DNA of 64,000 nucleotides from an uncultured Nitrososphaerota archaeon (GTDB lineage Archaea; Korarchaeota; Korarchaeia; Korarchaeales; Korarchaeaceae): NCBI GenBank assembly GCA_964594835.1, contig CAZQNA010000002.1, positions 160,001 to 224,000 of the forward strand, read 5' to 3'. Shown piece by piece: positions 1 to 9,186 of this stretch (position 1 is its first letter; each line of letters starts with the position of its first letter). The notes under the pieces were generated by a model. It saw only the letters and a program-made list of their open reading frames with translations, ran no database searches and was not told where the DNA came from. The position numbers and the translations under genes were made by a program.

Positions 1-2
1 CC

Positions 3-257
3 GGCTTCGAGGGAACCGACATGGCCGAGGGGCTCAGGGCCCTCGGGGTGAGGAGGCTGTTCGTGGGCGGGGTGGCCACCGACTACTGCGTGAGGGCCAC
101 CGTGCTGGACGGGCTCCGGCTGGGCTTCGAGGTCTTCGTCCTGACCGACGCGATAAGGGGCGTAGACGTGAATCCGGGGGACAGCGAGCGGGCCCTGGAA
201 GAGATGCTGAGGTCCGGAGCCGTGCTGGTGGAGCTGGGGGAGGTGACGGCGCCCTGA
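3..257 (+). CDS. pncA: Nicotinamidase/pyrazinamidase (isochorismatase family), C-terminal part, 5' truncated by window edge
   Basis: GFEGT..L...GV..LFVGGVATDYCVRATVLDG...GFEVFVLTDAIRGV contains the catalytic ATDYCV Cys motif. Confidence 0.8.
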   Translation, partial: GFEGTDMAEGLRALGVRRLFVGGVATDYCVRATVLDGLRLGFEVFVLTDAIRGVDVNPGDSERALEEMLRSGAVLVELGEVTAP

Positions 258-269
258 GATCCGAGGAGG

Positions 270-698
270 CTATCCTCTAGGCTCCCCGAGCCTCCACCCG
301 CCGGCGACCCTGCCCACGCCCCTCCTGCCGAGCTCCCTAGCCCGCCGGAGGAGCCCAGAGATACCGGCCTCGTCCAGGAGCAAGATCCCCTCCTGAAGAG
401 CGTCTAGAAGTATGGAGGAGTACGGGAGCAGCCTCTCCGCCTCATCAGGCGTGAACCAGTGCACGTCCGCCGGTATCCTGGAGGACCTCAGGGCCCCGAC
501 CAGCCTGTCCCTGACCCTCGGGTCCTCGGCGATGAGCAGGATGTCGAAGTCGCTGGCTGCGGCGGCCTCCCCCCTGGCCCAGGAGCCGAAGAGCACGACC
601 GATGCTCCGGATCCGCTGAGGGACCCGATCACGCCTCGGAGGGACCTCAGTCTCCTCTCAGCCCTCCTCTCGGCCGACCTCGAGAACCCCCTCAGCAT
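270..698 (-). CDS. Minimal nucleotidyltransferase (MNT), antitoxin-like
   Basis: VVLFGSWARGEAAAASDFDILLI = GS-x10-DxD motif; overlaps upstream HEPN gene. Confidence 0.85.
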   Translation of the reverse strand: MLRGFSRSAERRAERRLRSLRGVIGSLSGSGASVVLFGSWARGEAAAASDFDILLIAEDPRVRDRLVGALRSSRIPADVHWFTPDEAERLLPYSSILLDALQEGILLLDEAGISGLLRRARELGRRGVGRVAGGWRLGEPRG

Positions 699-1056
699 AC
701 CGCAGGATCACCTCCGCGCACTCCACCGCCCGTTCGGCCTCCTCCCTGGTGTACTCCCCCACCCTGGCGTCCGGGTACCTCGCCTGGACGTAGTGCTCCT
801 CTATTCCGGAGCACCCGGAGACCTCCCCGGGCACCTCTGCTATCTCGGAGATGGCCTCGAGTAGTTCAGTTATGGAGTGAGTCAGTGGCTTGTAGCCGGT
901 CTTCCCTATGAGCACGGCCTTGAGGGCCATCTCCGCGGCCTGCTGGGCCGAGAAGGCTGCAATGTCGTAGTACCCCTCCTCAAGATCCCTCCTCGCCACC
1001 TCGGCGAACCTCCTGGCCTTTCTTAGCCAGGAGAGGGCGATCGCCCTGAGCCCCAT
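658..1056 (-). CDS. HEPN domain protein (paired with MNT)
   Basis: A..DLEEGYYDIAAFSAQQAAEMALKA...THSI.ELL...HYVQARYP is typical of archaeal HEPN. Confidence 0.85.
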   Translation of the reverse strand: MGLRAIALSWLRKARRFAEVARRDLEEGYYDIAAFSAQQAAEMALKAVLIGKTGYKPLTHSITELLEAISEIAEVPGEVSGCSGIEEHYVQARYPDARVGEYTREEAERAVECAEVILRYAEGVLEVGREEG

Positions 1057-1155
1057 CCCGAGGGGGTGCCGCGGGTGAATTAAAACGCTCCTTCAGGGGT
1101 GCCGCGGAAACCTTATTCCTTGCACGCCCTCAGCGCCTCAGAGGGGAGGGAGACC

Positions 1156-1599
1156 ATGAGGCTGGCTCTCCTCGCGGTCGTCCTCCTCCTGATATCCGCC
1201 GGAGTCGGGTACTACTTCCTCCTGGGGCCCGGCGCGGAGCCCCGCCTCTCCGTCGAGTCCGTGTCCTCCGGCGCCAGGCTCGTCAGGGAGGACGGGGTCG
1301 TCGCGGTGGAGGTCCCCCACGGGACGAGGTTCTCGGTCACCTTCAGGATCGAGCGCGGGAAGAGGGGGGACAGGGTGGTCTGCTACTGCGAGACCCTCAA
1401 CGGCGGGCCCCACCCGGGCAAGGGGCGGGAGTGCGGGTCCGACTGCATCCTCAGGGAGGGCGAGCTCTGCGTGTCCGACGGGTGGTACGCCGACGCCCCC
1501 CCTGGGACGGAGATGGGACTCGCCTGCTACGTTCTGAGGGACGGGCGGAGGATTGAGGGGAGCAGGCTCGACCTGCTGATGAGGTCGACCGCGCCCTGA
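1156..1599 (+). CDS. Small membrane-anchored/secreted Cys-containing hypothetical protein
   Basis: ATG at 1156 after GGAGGG; N-terminal hydrophobic helix MRLALLAVVLLLISAGVGYYFLL; 6 Cys. Confidence 0.65.
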   Translation: MRLALLAVVLLLISAGVGYYFLLGPGAEPRLSVESVSSGARLVREDGVVAVEVPHGTRFSVTFRIERGKRGDRVVCYCETLNGGPHPGKGRECGSDCILREGELCVSDGWYADAPPGTEMGLACYVLRDGRRIEGSRLDLLMRSTAP

Positions 1600-2123
1600 G
1601 CGACCGGCGGGGCCGGCGAGCCCCCTGCTTCCACCCATCCCAACTCGGAAGGGAGCGCGGAGGTGCTCGCCTCCTGCTCCCTCCTGACCCCGGCCCAGAT
1701 CTCCACGACCTCCGGGATCACCTCCTCCACCAGCCTGTCTTCGGGCTCCCCAAGCCTCAGGCCCGGGCACCTGGGGTCCGCGTAGACGTACCAGGTCCTC
1801 CCGAGGTGCTCGAACCTGGCCAGGTCCCGGCGGCCGTGCTCGGGCTCCCTGCTCACGCTGAAGGGCCAGACCTTGCACGCCCTGGGCTTCAGCCCGAGGG
1901 GCTGGAGGAGGCACCTCCCGTCACCCGACAGGAAGGCGCACCTCCCGCCAACCCTGGCCAGGTAGGGCCTGCCTCCCCTGACCTCGACGGCCCACTCTCC
2001 CACGATTTTGGCGATGGAGACGGCCTCGTCGGGCCTAAGGGGGATCCTGAACCGGGTGCAGCACGCCCCGCAGGCGAGGCACCTCCAGTCCGCCACGAGC
2101 CTCCAGGGCACGAGGCGGCGCAA
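1527..2123 (-). CDS. YkgJ-family cysteine-cluster (putative Zn/Fe-S binding) protein
   Basis: CLACGACC ... RCAFL...GRC....KPRACKVWPF ... CPG. Confidence 0.85.
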   Translation of the reverse strand: MRRLVPWRLVADWRCLACGACCTRFRIPLRPDEAVSIAKIVGEWAVEVRGGRPYLARVGGRCAFLSGDGRCLLQPLGLKPRACKVWPFSVSREPEHGRRDLARFEHLGRTWYVYADPRCPGLRLGEPEDRLVEEVIPEVVEIWAGVRREQEASTSALPSELGWVEAGGSPAPPVAQGAVDLISRSSLLPSILRPSLRT

Positions 2124-2248
2124 GGTGCACCCTCCCCTCCTGCACGTGGCGCCCCCGGCCCATAAGGGTTCCGATCCGCGACTCCGGCTCCCAGATCCTC
2201 TGGTGGCGGATTATAGCGGGACAGTCTGACGTCTTCCGTTCTCTGGGG

Positions 2249-2303
2249 ACGAATTTCACAAATCATGCTGAAAATGGAAAATTCGTTGAGATGGATTTAT
2301 CTC
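2249..2303. promoter_or_regulatory. AT-rich inverted repeat and TATA-like box upstream of the 832-aa gene
   Basis: ACGAATTT (2249-2256) / AAATTCGT (2279-2286) perfect 8-bp inverted repeat; ATTTAT at 2295-2300, about 25 nt before ATG 2326. Confidence 0.45.
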
Positions 2304-2325
2304 CTGCCAACCTTCACCCTGCCTT

Positions 2326-4824
2326 ATGAGGATCGGCGCCTCGGCGTCGCTCCTCCTCGCCGCCCTCCTGCTGGCCTCAGCGATTCCTCAGGCCGTCTCG
2401 GCCCCTCCGGGCGGTTACTGCTCCGGTCGGGTGCTCTACGACCTGGCCCACCGCGAGTCCCTCGGCAGGTACACCGACGGAATGGACTGCGGGATCTCGG
2501 TCCCGGAGCTCCTCGAGGAGTGGGGCTGCTCCGTCGATCTGAACCACGAACCCCTTGATCAGGTCAACCTGAGCCAATACGACCTCCTGGTGATATACTC
2601 TCCCTGGGAGGAATTCAGCCCGGCTGAGAGGGCGGCCATAGAGGAGTACGTGAGGCGAGGGGGGAGCCTCCTGCTGCTGGCGGACACCCAGTTCCACTAC
2701 GGGAACCGGGCCCCGAACCAGGTCGCCGGGGAGTTCGGCGCAGGGTTCGACGGGGACGAGGTTGAGGCCTGCCGGATCTCCGCGCCATACCACCCGATCG
2801 CCTTCGACCTAGACGACGGGGACCTCTTCAACCCCTTCCTGCTGTGGGACGCCTACGTGAACTCGACGCCGAAACAGGCCGAGGTGGTGGTGAGGTCGCA
2901 GCCCGGGGCGAGGGCGCTGGCAGCGGCCGGGAACGAGTCCATCAGGGCACTCGCGAAGTCGGGTGGGTCGCTCATGGCAATGGTCGCCTTCAGGCACGGA
3001 CTCGGCAAGGTGGTGCTGGGCCCGAGGAACGGGCTGGGCCAGCCCACGGGAGGGCCGTGGTACAACAGGCCGGGCGAGGAGAACCGGGTCCTGGCCGCGA
3101 CCGTCAAGTGGCTCACGGACAAGGACTCGTGGCTGGTGAGGCTGATCTACGACTACTTCCCGGTGCTCATGTTCTCTCGGGGGGAGAGGTGGTACCCGAC
3201 AAGCTTCTACTTCGACGGCGATGCCGATCTGATGAACAACTACGAGAACTACCACGAGGGGGCGCCCTACTACGTTTACGTGCACGTGGCGAACGCGACG
3301 ATAGTCTACAGGGACAACTGCAGGTGGGTAGGCGCTCCGCAGTGGTCGCCCCCGCGGTGCGACGTCGTGGAGAGGGAGGGGATAGCCGTGGAGTACTGGT
3401 TCTACAGCGTGTACAACTACCACCCCGGAAGAATTATTGTTGATAAGGATGTTCACGAGCACGAGTGGGAGAGCGTCTTCGTGTTCTTCACAAACGAGTC
3501 TGGTCAAATGGTTCCCGTCGGCGTGAGGTACAACAGGCACAAATGGCCGAGGTCGGTCTCTTGGGACGACTTGCGAGAGTACGGCGCGCTTGTAGATGAC
3601 ACCCACCCAATAGTTCATGTCGCCAATGGGTCTCACGCGTCCTATGCGCCGTTTGAATCAAGTCGGTTTGATAAGTGGTACCCAGGAGGTCTTATTCTCT
3701 CTTGGGAAGACTTGGGCGACACTTTGAGCATGATTTTAATGCACGCGCGGAAAACCGAGGTTCCGGGGTCAGGAAAGCTTTACTGCGTCCCATCGCCACT
3801 TGGCCGGTTTTGTACGTGGGTAACTAAGTGGAAGGTCATGCATGAGACTCTCAATGGGTCGACACAGTCAGAGATGAAAAGTAAAGGTCTCTGGCTCGAT
3901 AAGTTTGTAGGGAATAACAGTGAGAAGGTTGGTTGGCTTTACTGGTACCTCTCTGCACCATGGGCGAGAGAAGCTTGGAGCCTTGCTGAACTCAACCTGG
4001 GATACCAGCCGGTCAGGCTCAACTTTTTCGTTGCCTGTCCTGTCGACCTCCACATCTATGACCCGCTCGGCAGGCACGTCGGCCTCAACTACACGACCGG
4101 GGAGCTGGAGCTCCAGATCCCGAATGCCACCTACGAGGTCTCGGGGAACGTCACGCACGTGATGATCGACTGGGCGATGGACGGAGAGTACAGGATAGAG
4201 CTCGTCGCTAGAGGAAGTGGGAATTACACATTCCTTGCGGTCGAGTCCGTCGGCGGGGTCGTGACCGACTACGTCGTGGAGACTGGCAACGTGACCGAGG
4301 GAGAGAACATAACCTACAAGTTCTCGACCGCAAATCTCAACGCCACCCTGAGCTTCCTGCCTGGAGAGGTGAGGCCGAGGATGCCCACCCTGGCGAACGT
4401 GACGCTGGTGAACTCCGGGACCGTGAACATCACGTGGGTCAACGTCACTCACCTCCTGCCTGAAGGATATGTCAGGTACGTGGATCACGCATCCGCGTTC
4501 TTGGAGGTCAACGGATCAGTCTACCTGATCCACCCCAGGGACGTGCGAGTGGAGGCCGAGGGTAGCGTCGTGAGGGTATACCTGAACTTCACCTCCGGCG
4601 TGAGGCTCATCGGGCCGGGAGGGGTGAGGGAGATTCACGCCCTTGAGCCCGGCTGGGTCCTGAGGCTGTACTACCTCATTAGGCCAAGTGGATACGTAGA
4701 ACCTGGGAGCCACGAATCTACGGTTATAGTGGAGTACCTTCAGGAGTTCACTGGGGCCATGGCGAGCAGGCTCTCCACTGCGTCTGCGGAGCTGATGGTG
4801 AGGTCAGGGAGGTGGTGCCCTTAG
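2326..4824 (+). CDS. Secreted multidomain protein: GIFT/DUF4350-like N-domain, central Vps62/NPP1-like domain, C-terminal Ig-like region
   Basis: Signal peptide; VLYDLAH..YDLLVIYSP..FSPAE..AI..YVRRGGSLLLLAD; YWFYSVYN..HEHEWE..HPIVHVANGSHASY; CPVDLHIYDP.GRHVG; many N-x-S/T sequons. Confidence 0.8.
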   Translation: MRIGASASLLLAALLLASAIPQAVSAPPGGYCSGRVLYDLAHRESLGRYTDGMDCGISVPELLEEWGCSVDLNHEPLDQVNLSQYDLLVIYSPWEEFSPAERAAIEEYVRRGGSLLLLADTQFHYGNRAPNQVAGEFGAGFDGDEVEACRISAPYHPIAFDLDDGDLFNPFLLWDAYVNSTPKQAEVVVRSQPGARALAAAGNESIRALAKSGGSLMAMVAFRHGLGKVVLGPRNGLGQPTGGPWYNRPGEENRVLAATVKWLTDKDSWLVRLIYDYFPVLMFSRGERWYPTSFYFDGDADLMNNYENYHEGAPYYVYVHVANATIVYRDNCRWVGAPQWSPPRCDVVEREGIAVEYWFYSVYNYHPGRIIVDKDVHEHEWESVFVFFTNESGQMVPVGVRYNRHKWPRSVSWDDLREYGALVDDTHPIVHVANGSHASYAPFESSRFDKWYPGGLILSWEDLGDTLSMILMHARKTEVPGSGKLYCVPSPLGRFCTWVTKWKVMHETLNGSTQSEMKSKGLWLDKFVGNNSEKVGWLYWYLSAPWAREAWSLAELNLGYQPVRLNFFVACPVDLHIYDPLGRHVGLNYTTGELELQIPNATYEVSGNVTHVMIDWAMDGEYRIELVARGSGNYTFLAVESVGGVVTDYVVETGNVTEGENITYKFSTANLNATLSFLPGEVRPRMPTLANVTLVNSGTVNITWVNVTHLLPEGYVRYVDHASAFLEVNGSVYLIHPRDVRVEAEGSVVRVYLNFTSGVRLIGPGGVREIHALEPGWVLRLYYLIRPSGYVEPGSHESTVIVEYLQEFTGAMASRLSTASAELMVRSGRWCP
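4525..4824 (+). repeat. 3' segment of the 832-aa gene, duplicated at ~7355-7657
   Basis: LIHPRDVRVEAEGSVVRVYLNFTSGVRLIGPGG...RLSTASAELMVRSGRWCP vs LIHPRDLRVEPEGGVVKIYLNFTSGVKLIGPGG...RLSTASAKLVVRARGRCWP. Confidence 0.9.
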
Positions 4825-5540
4825 GCCTCAGGGACATGTGGCTGGAGCTCAGGGCCGAGCTGGAGGGGATGGAGAGGGTCGCGCTGGCCGGATTCTTGGG
4901 CCCGGCGCTCATCCTGGCCTTGGTTGCGATCACCGACCCACTGGCCTTCCTCCTCACACCATTCCCACTGTTTCTGGCCTCTCTGGCCTCTAGAGAGAGC
5001 GACAGGACCGGCCCGGCCATAGCGCTGGGAGCCCTGCTAGGATACCTGCTGCTGACGGCCTTCTCCCTCTCCCCCCTCTACCCTCCATTCTATCGCTGGG
5101 TGAACCGTGGCGCCCCGGCGCCCAAGGTGGAGAGCATCCCCCTCTCCTGCAGGGTCTGCTCCCCATCCCTCTTCGCGCTACTCTGGGCGTTCGCGGCGTA
5201 TATCATAATCGCGCTTGAGGCGGTCCCCCTCCTGGCAGCCTGGGTCGCCCTGTCCGCCTACCCCGCCTATATCGCCAGGTCCAGGTTCAGGCGCGTGCCG
5301 AGGCTCCTGCTCATCATGTACTCCCTGACCCTCCTCGGCAACGCCCTGGCCTGCGCACTCTGCCTCCCCGTGTGGCTCGAGGAGCCCCCTCTCTTCTCGG
5401 CGCTGGCGGCCCTGGATCCCGCCGCCTCCGTCACCCTGGCCGCAGCCTGCCTGTGGAGGGCTAGGAATGGGGGAGGTCAGGACCTGCTGGCGTTCCTGAC
5501 GTTCTACTCGCTGATCGGCACCATAAGGTGGTTGATGTGA
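4812..5540 (+). CDS. Paralogous integral membrane protein, array copy 1 (start may be ATG 4836)
   Basis: Multiple TM segments; family motifs MWLELR, DRxGPAIALGALLGYL, SPLYPP.YRW, CxxC, AYPAY.ARSRFRRVPRLLLI, GGG.DLL.FLTFY. Confidence 0.85.
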   Translation: MVPLGLRDMWLELRAELEGMERVALAGFLGPALILALVAITDPLAFLLTPFPLFLASLASRESDRTGPAIALGALLGYLLLTAFSLSPLYPPFYRWVNRGAPAPKVESIPLSCRVCSPSLFALLWAFAAYIIIALEAVPLLAAWVALSAYPAYIARSRFRRVPRLLLIMYSLTLLGNALACALCLPVWLEEPPLFSALAALDPAASVTLAAACLWRARNGGGQDLLAFLTFYSLIGTIRWLM

Positions 5541-5599
5541 GCGCCTGGACATTCCTCTCCCGCCGTGGCGAGTCTCTGCGCGATCGACCGCTTTCACGC

Positions 5600-5806
5600 T
5601 CTGCGCTAGGGAATCTCCGAGGGCCGCGGCGTCGAGAGAGCTTCACACAGCCGCTCACCATCCCTGCGCGCGGCATGTCTGGCTCTGGCATGCGCACAAT
5701 CGACCCCCTCGCGAGTGGACGAGGGAGCGACAGCAGGGCCGCTCGGCGAGCGGAGGTTCACGTGGACCCCGTCATCACGCACCGAACTGGGGGGTGGTGC
5801 GGGTGA
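5600..5806 (+). pseudogene. Degraded 3' tail of a different large secreted protein preceding copy 2
   Basis: Reads LGNL..ESFTQPLTIPA..SG..TI...ASG...AEVHV..GGWCG*, ending like GRWCP* and overlapping the next cassette start. Confidence 0.45.
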
Positions 5807-6483
5807 GATTCGGTGAGGCGTTGGAGGAACTCGCCGAGGATATCAGGGGAGTGAGATTCCTCGTGGTCCTCGCAGGCGCGCTGGGGCCTATACTCTGCGA
5901 CCTGCTCATGAGATGGGCGGCCGAGGTCTCAGGGGCTGGCCCCCCCATCCTGCTCACAGCTCCAGCCCCCATACTCCTCGCATCCCTCCTAGCCCTCGAG
6001 GTCGGCGGAGGGGGCCCCGCCGTGTCCCTCGGAGCCCTGCTGGGCTACTCCTCCCTGGCAGCCCTGAGGCTCCTCCACCCGCGCCTGGGCGGTCCGCCCC
6101 CACTCTGTGGGGCCTGCTCCACCCCCCTGATCTACGCGCTTGCGGGCCCGCCGGGATTCTCGGCCGTGGTCATGTCCCTGGTGCCGGCGTCCGTCGTCTA
6201 CAGGGAGACCTCCGAGGTCCCGAGGCTCCTTCCCCTCATGTACGCTGCGGCCCTGCTGGCCAACTTTGCGACCTGCGCGGCGTGCCTGGCTCACAGGTGG
6301 GAGGCCTACCTGGGAGACTCCTTCCACCCGATCTTCCTCTCCCTCGTGGCCTCAAGCATGGCCCTAGACGTGATCCTGTCGGCGATCTCCCTCCGGAAGG
6401 CGAGGGCCGGGACGGGCGGGGGCAGGCTGCTCCTGGCGGCGCTCACGCTCTACGCGATAGTCGGTAGCCTCGGTTGGGGGTGA
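5794..6483 (+). CDS. Paralogous integral membrane protein, array copy 2 (most divergent)
   Basis: GALGP, GPAVSLGALLGY, CGAC, VPRLL..MYA..LLAN..CAAC, GGGRLLLA. Confidence 0.8.
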   Translation: MVRVRFGEALEELAEDIRGVRFLVVLAGALGPILCDLLMRWAAEVSGAGPPILLTAPAPILLASLLALEVGGGGPAVSLGALLGYSSLAALRLLHPRLGGPPPLCGACSTPLIYALAGPPGFSAVVMSLVPASVVYRETSEVPRLLPLMYAAALLANFATCAACLAHRWEAYLGDSFHPIFLSLVASSMALDVILSAISLRKARAGTGGGRLLLAALTLYAIVGSLGWG

Positions 6484-6586
6484 CCCTTGGGGATCGACGG
6501 CTCTATCTGGGTGCCCGCACGTGGGGCGATGGGGGAAGGCCCATGAGGCTCTCTACATCCTCTGCCGAGCTGTTGGTGGGGAGACA

Positions 6587-7312
6587 ATGGCCCTAAGCAT
6601 TAGAGAGATGTGGCTCGAGCTCAGGGAAGAGGTCGGCGGCCCCATGGTCTGGGTCGCCCTGGTGGGAGCGATCGGCCCTCTGACGGTGGGTTTAGCGCTT
6701 GGGGAGTCCTCCTGGTGGCTCTTCCCCATCCCCATCCCCCTCGCCGTGGCCTCGGCTGCGGCCAGGGTGAGCGACAGGTCCGGCCCCGCCATATCCCTCG
6801 GAGCCCTCCTCGGCTACCTGCTGCTGATGGCCTTCGCGGCTTCCCCCCTCTACCCTCCCTTCTATCGCTGGGTGACTCGAGGCCTGCCCTCGCCCAGAGT
6901 GGGGAGGATACCCCTGTCCTGCAGGACCTGGCTACCGGCTCTGCTCCTTCTCTCTTGGATCACTCTCCTCGCAATCTACATCCACCTCGTCGTATTCCTG
7001 ATCGAGGCGGCCTGGATCCTCATCTCGGCCTACCCAGCCTACGTGGCCAGGTCCAGGTTCAGGCGCGTCCCCAGGCTCCTGCTCATCATGTACGCCGCCG
7101 TCCTCCTTGCCAACGCGATCGCAACGGCGTCCTGCCTGAGGAGCGGCTGGGTGGAGTATCTGCCGCGAGTTGCTGGGCTGAACTCAGTCGTCGATGGCTT
7201 TCTGGCCCTGGCCTGCCTATGGAAGGCTCTCAGAGGTGGTGGCAGGGATCTCCTTACCTTCCTCACGTTCTACGTCACGCTAGGCTCCCTCCTAACGTGG
7301 TGGTTATGGTAG
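6587..7312 (+). CDS. Paralogous integral membrane protein, array copy 3
   Basis: MALSIREMWLELREE..SDRSGPAISLGALLGYL..SPLYPPFYRW..AYPAYVARSRFRRVPRLLLIMY..GGGRDLLTFLTFY..WWLW. Confidence 0.85.
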   Translation: MALSIREMWLELREEVGGPMVWVALVGAIGPLTVGLALGESSWWLFPIPIPLAVASAAARVSDRSGPAISLGALLGYLLLMAFAASPLYPPFYRWVTRGLPSPRVGRIPLSCRTWLPALLLLSWITLLAIYIHLVVFLIEAAWILISAYPAYVARSRFRRVPRLLLIMYAAVLLANAIATASCLRSGWVEYLPRVAGLNSVVDGFLALACLWKALRGGGRDLLTFLTFYVTLGSLLTWWLW

Positions 7313-7657
7313 TTGGGAATGCTCTTCTCTCTTGCGACGAGCGACGAGGCCCGCTTGATCCACCCGAGAGACCTGCGCGTCGAGCCGGAGGGGGGTGTTG
7401 TAAAGATATATCTGAACTTCACCTCAGGCGTGAAGCTCATCGGGCCGGGAGGGGTTGAGACGATCCACGCCCTTGAGCCCGGCTGGATCCCGAGGCTGTA
7501 CTACCTCATAAGGCCGAGTGGATACGTAGAGCCTGGTGGCTACGGGTCTACAGTTATAGTGGAGTACCTTCAGGAGTTCGCTGGGGCCAGGGCGAGCAGG
7601 CTCTCCACTGCCTCTGCCAAGCTGGTGGTGAGGGCAAGGGGGAGGTGTTGGCCTTAG
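7313..7657 (+). pseudogene. Orphan C-terminal fragment (~100 aa) of the 832-aa secreted protein
   Basis: High similarity to the last ~100 residues of 2326..4824; no signal peptide. Confidence 0.8.
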
Positions 7658-8364
7658 GCCTCAGGGACATGTGGCTGGAACTCAGGGGTGAGCTGGAGGG
7701 GTTGGGGAGGGTCCTGCTGGCCGGAGCCTTGGCCGGCGCCCTGGCCCCCGCGCTCGTCCTCGTCATGGGCTTCTTCCTGGTCCCGCTCCCCCTGGCTCTG
7801 GCCTCCAGAGGGAGCGACAGGTCTGGCCCCGCAATCGCACTGGGAGCCCTTCTCGGCTACCTGGCCGTGACGGCCTTCGCCCTCTCCCCCCTGTACCCCC
7901 CTTACTACCGCTGGGTGAATCGAGGCGTCCCCGCTCCCAGGGTGGAGAGCATCCCCCTCTCCTGCAGGGCCTGCTCCCCTTTCCTCACTACACTCTCCAC
8001 AATCTTTGTAGAATTCCTGATGGCCACACCTTCTCTGACTCTCTTCCCGATCGCCTGGGTCGCCCTGTCCGCCTATCCGGCCCACGTGGCTAGATCGAGA
8101 TTCAGGAGCGTGCCCAGGCTGCTCCTCATCTTCTACTCCCTAGCCCTGCTGGCGAACTCAGTGTTCTGCGCACGCTGCTTTCCCCTGTGGCTCGTGGAGT
8201 GGCCCCCGCTGTACTCGGCGCTGGCGCGCCTCGACCCTGTCCTGTCCTTCCTCCTCGCGGCAGCCTGCCTTTGGAAGACTTGGAGAGGGGGCGGAGGGAA
8301 TCTACTGTCCTTCCTCTCATTTTACGCCCTAGTGAGTGCCTCAATGTGGTGGTGGCTGTTGTGA
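7645..8364 (+). CDS. Paralogous integral membrane protein, array copy 4
   Basis: Same family motifs; CRAC and CARC; ends MWWWLL. Confidence 0.85.
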   Translation: MLALGLRDMWLELRGELEGLGRVLLAGALAGALAPALVLVMGFFLVPLPLALASRGSDRSGPAIALGALLGYLAVTAFALSPLYPPYYRWVNRGVPAPRVESIPLSCRACSPFLTTLSTIFVEFLMATPSLTLFPIAWVALSAYPAHVARSRFRSVPRLLLIFYSLALLANSVFCARCFPLWLVEWPPLYSALARLDPVLSFLLAAACLWKTWRGGGGNLLSFLSFYALVSASMWWWLL

Positions 8365-8374
8365 GGTCAGGGAG

Positions 8375-9124
8375 GTGGTGGCCTTGGGCCTTAGAGATAT
8401 GTGGCTCGAGTTCAGGGCCGAGCTGGAGGGGATGAGGCGGGTCCTGCTGGCCGGAGCCTTGGCCGGCGCCCTGGCCCCCGCGCTCGTCCTCGTCATGGGC
8501 TTCTTCCTGGTCCCTCTCCCCCTCGCCCTGGCCTCGGCCCACTACCGCCGCAGCGACAGGTCAGGCCCCGCGATAGCGCTGGGGGCACTCCTGGGCTACC
8601 TGCTTGTGATCGCCCTCATGGTATCCCCCCTGTACCCCCCCTACTACCGCTGGCTCACCAGGGGCATGCCGGTGCGCGGCGTAGAGAGAATATTCATGTC
8701 CTACAGGGCCTGCTCCCCCTTTCTCTCCGGCCTGTTCGTGACATTCCTCGGCTGGCTGATGTACATGGGCGACTTTGCCTCGCCGTCCTTTCTGACACTC
8801 GTCCCGATCGCCTGGGTCACCTTGTCCGCCTACCCCGCCTATATCGCCAGGTCCAGGTTCAGACGAGTGCCGAGGCTGCTCCTCATCATGTACTCCCTCG
8901 CCCTCCTCGCCAACGCCCTGGCCTGCGCACTCTGCCTCCCCGTGTGGCTCGAGGAGCCCCCTCTCTTCTCGGCGCTGGCGGCCCTGGATCCCGCCGCCTC
9001 CGTCACCCTGGCCGCAGCCTGCCTGTGGAGGGCTAGGAGGGGAGGAGGTCAGAACCTGCTGGCGTTCCTTACGTTCCTCGCCCTGTTGGGGACCCCGAGG
9101 TGTTGGTGGTGGTGGTCGCTCTAG
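8375..9124 (+). CDS. Paralogous integral membrane protein, array copy 5 (mosaic)
   Basis: Same motifs; 5' block identical to copy 4, 3' block identical to copy 1. Confidence 0.85.
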   Translation: MVALGLRDMWLEFRAELEGMRRVLLAGALAGALAPALVLVMGFFLVPLPLALASAHYRRSDRSGPAIALGALLGYLLVIALMVSPLYPPYYRWLTRGMPVRGVERIFMSYRACSPFLSGLFVTFLGWLMYMGDFASPSFLTLVPIAWVTLSAYPAYIARSRFRRVPRLLLIMYSLALLANALACALCLPVWLEEPPLFSALAALDPAASVTLAAACLWRARRGGGQNLLAFLTFLALLGTPRCWWWWSL

Positions 9125-9186
9125 ACTCCCGAATGTCACCGGAGTTCCCCTTGAGAGTGAGGGGAGGTGGTGTAAGCATCAGAGAG

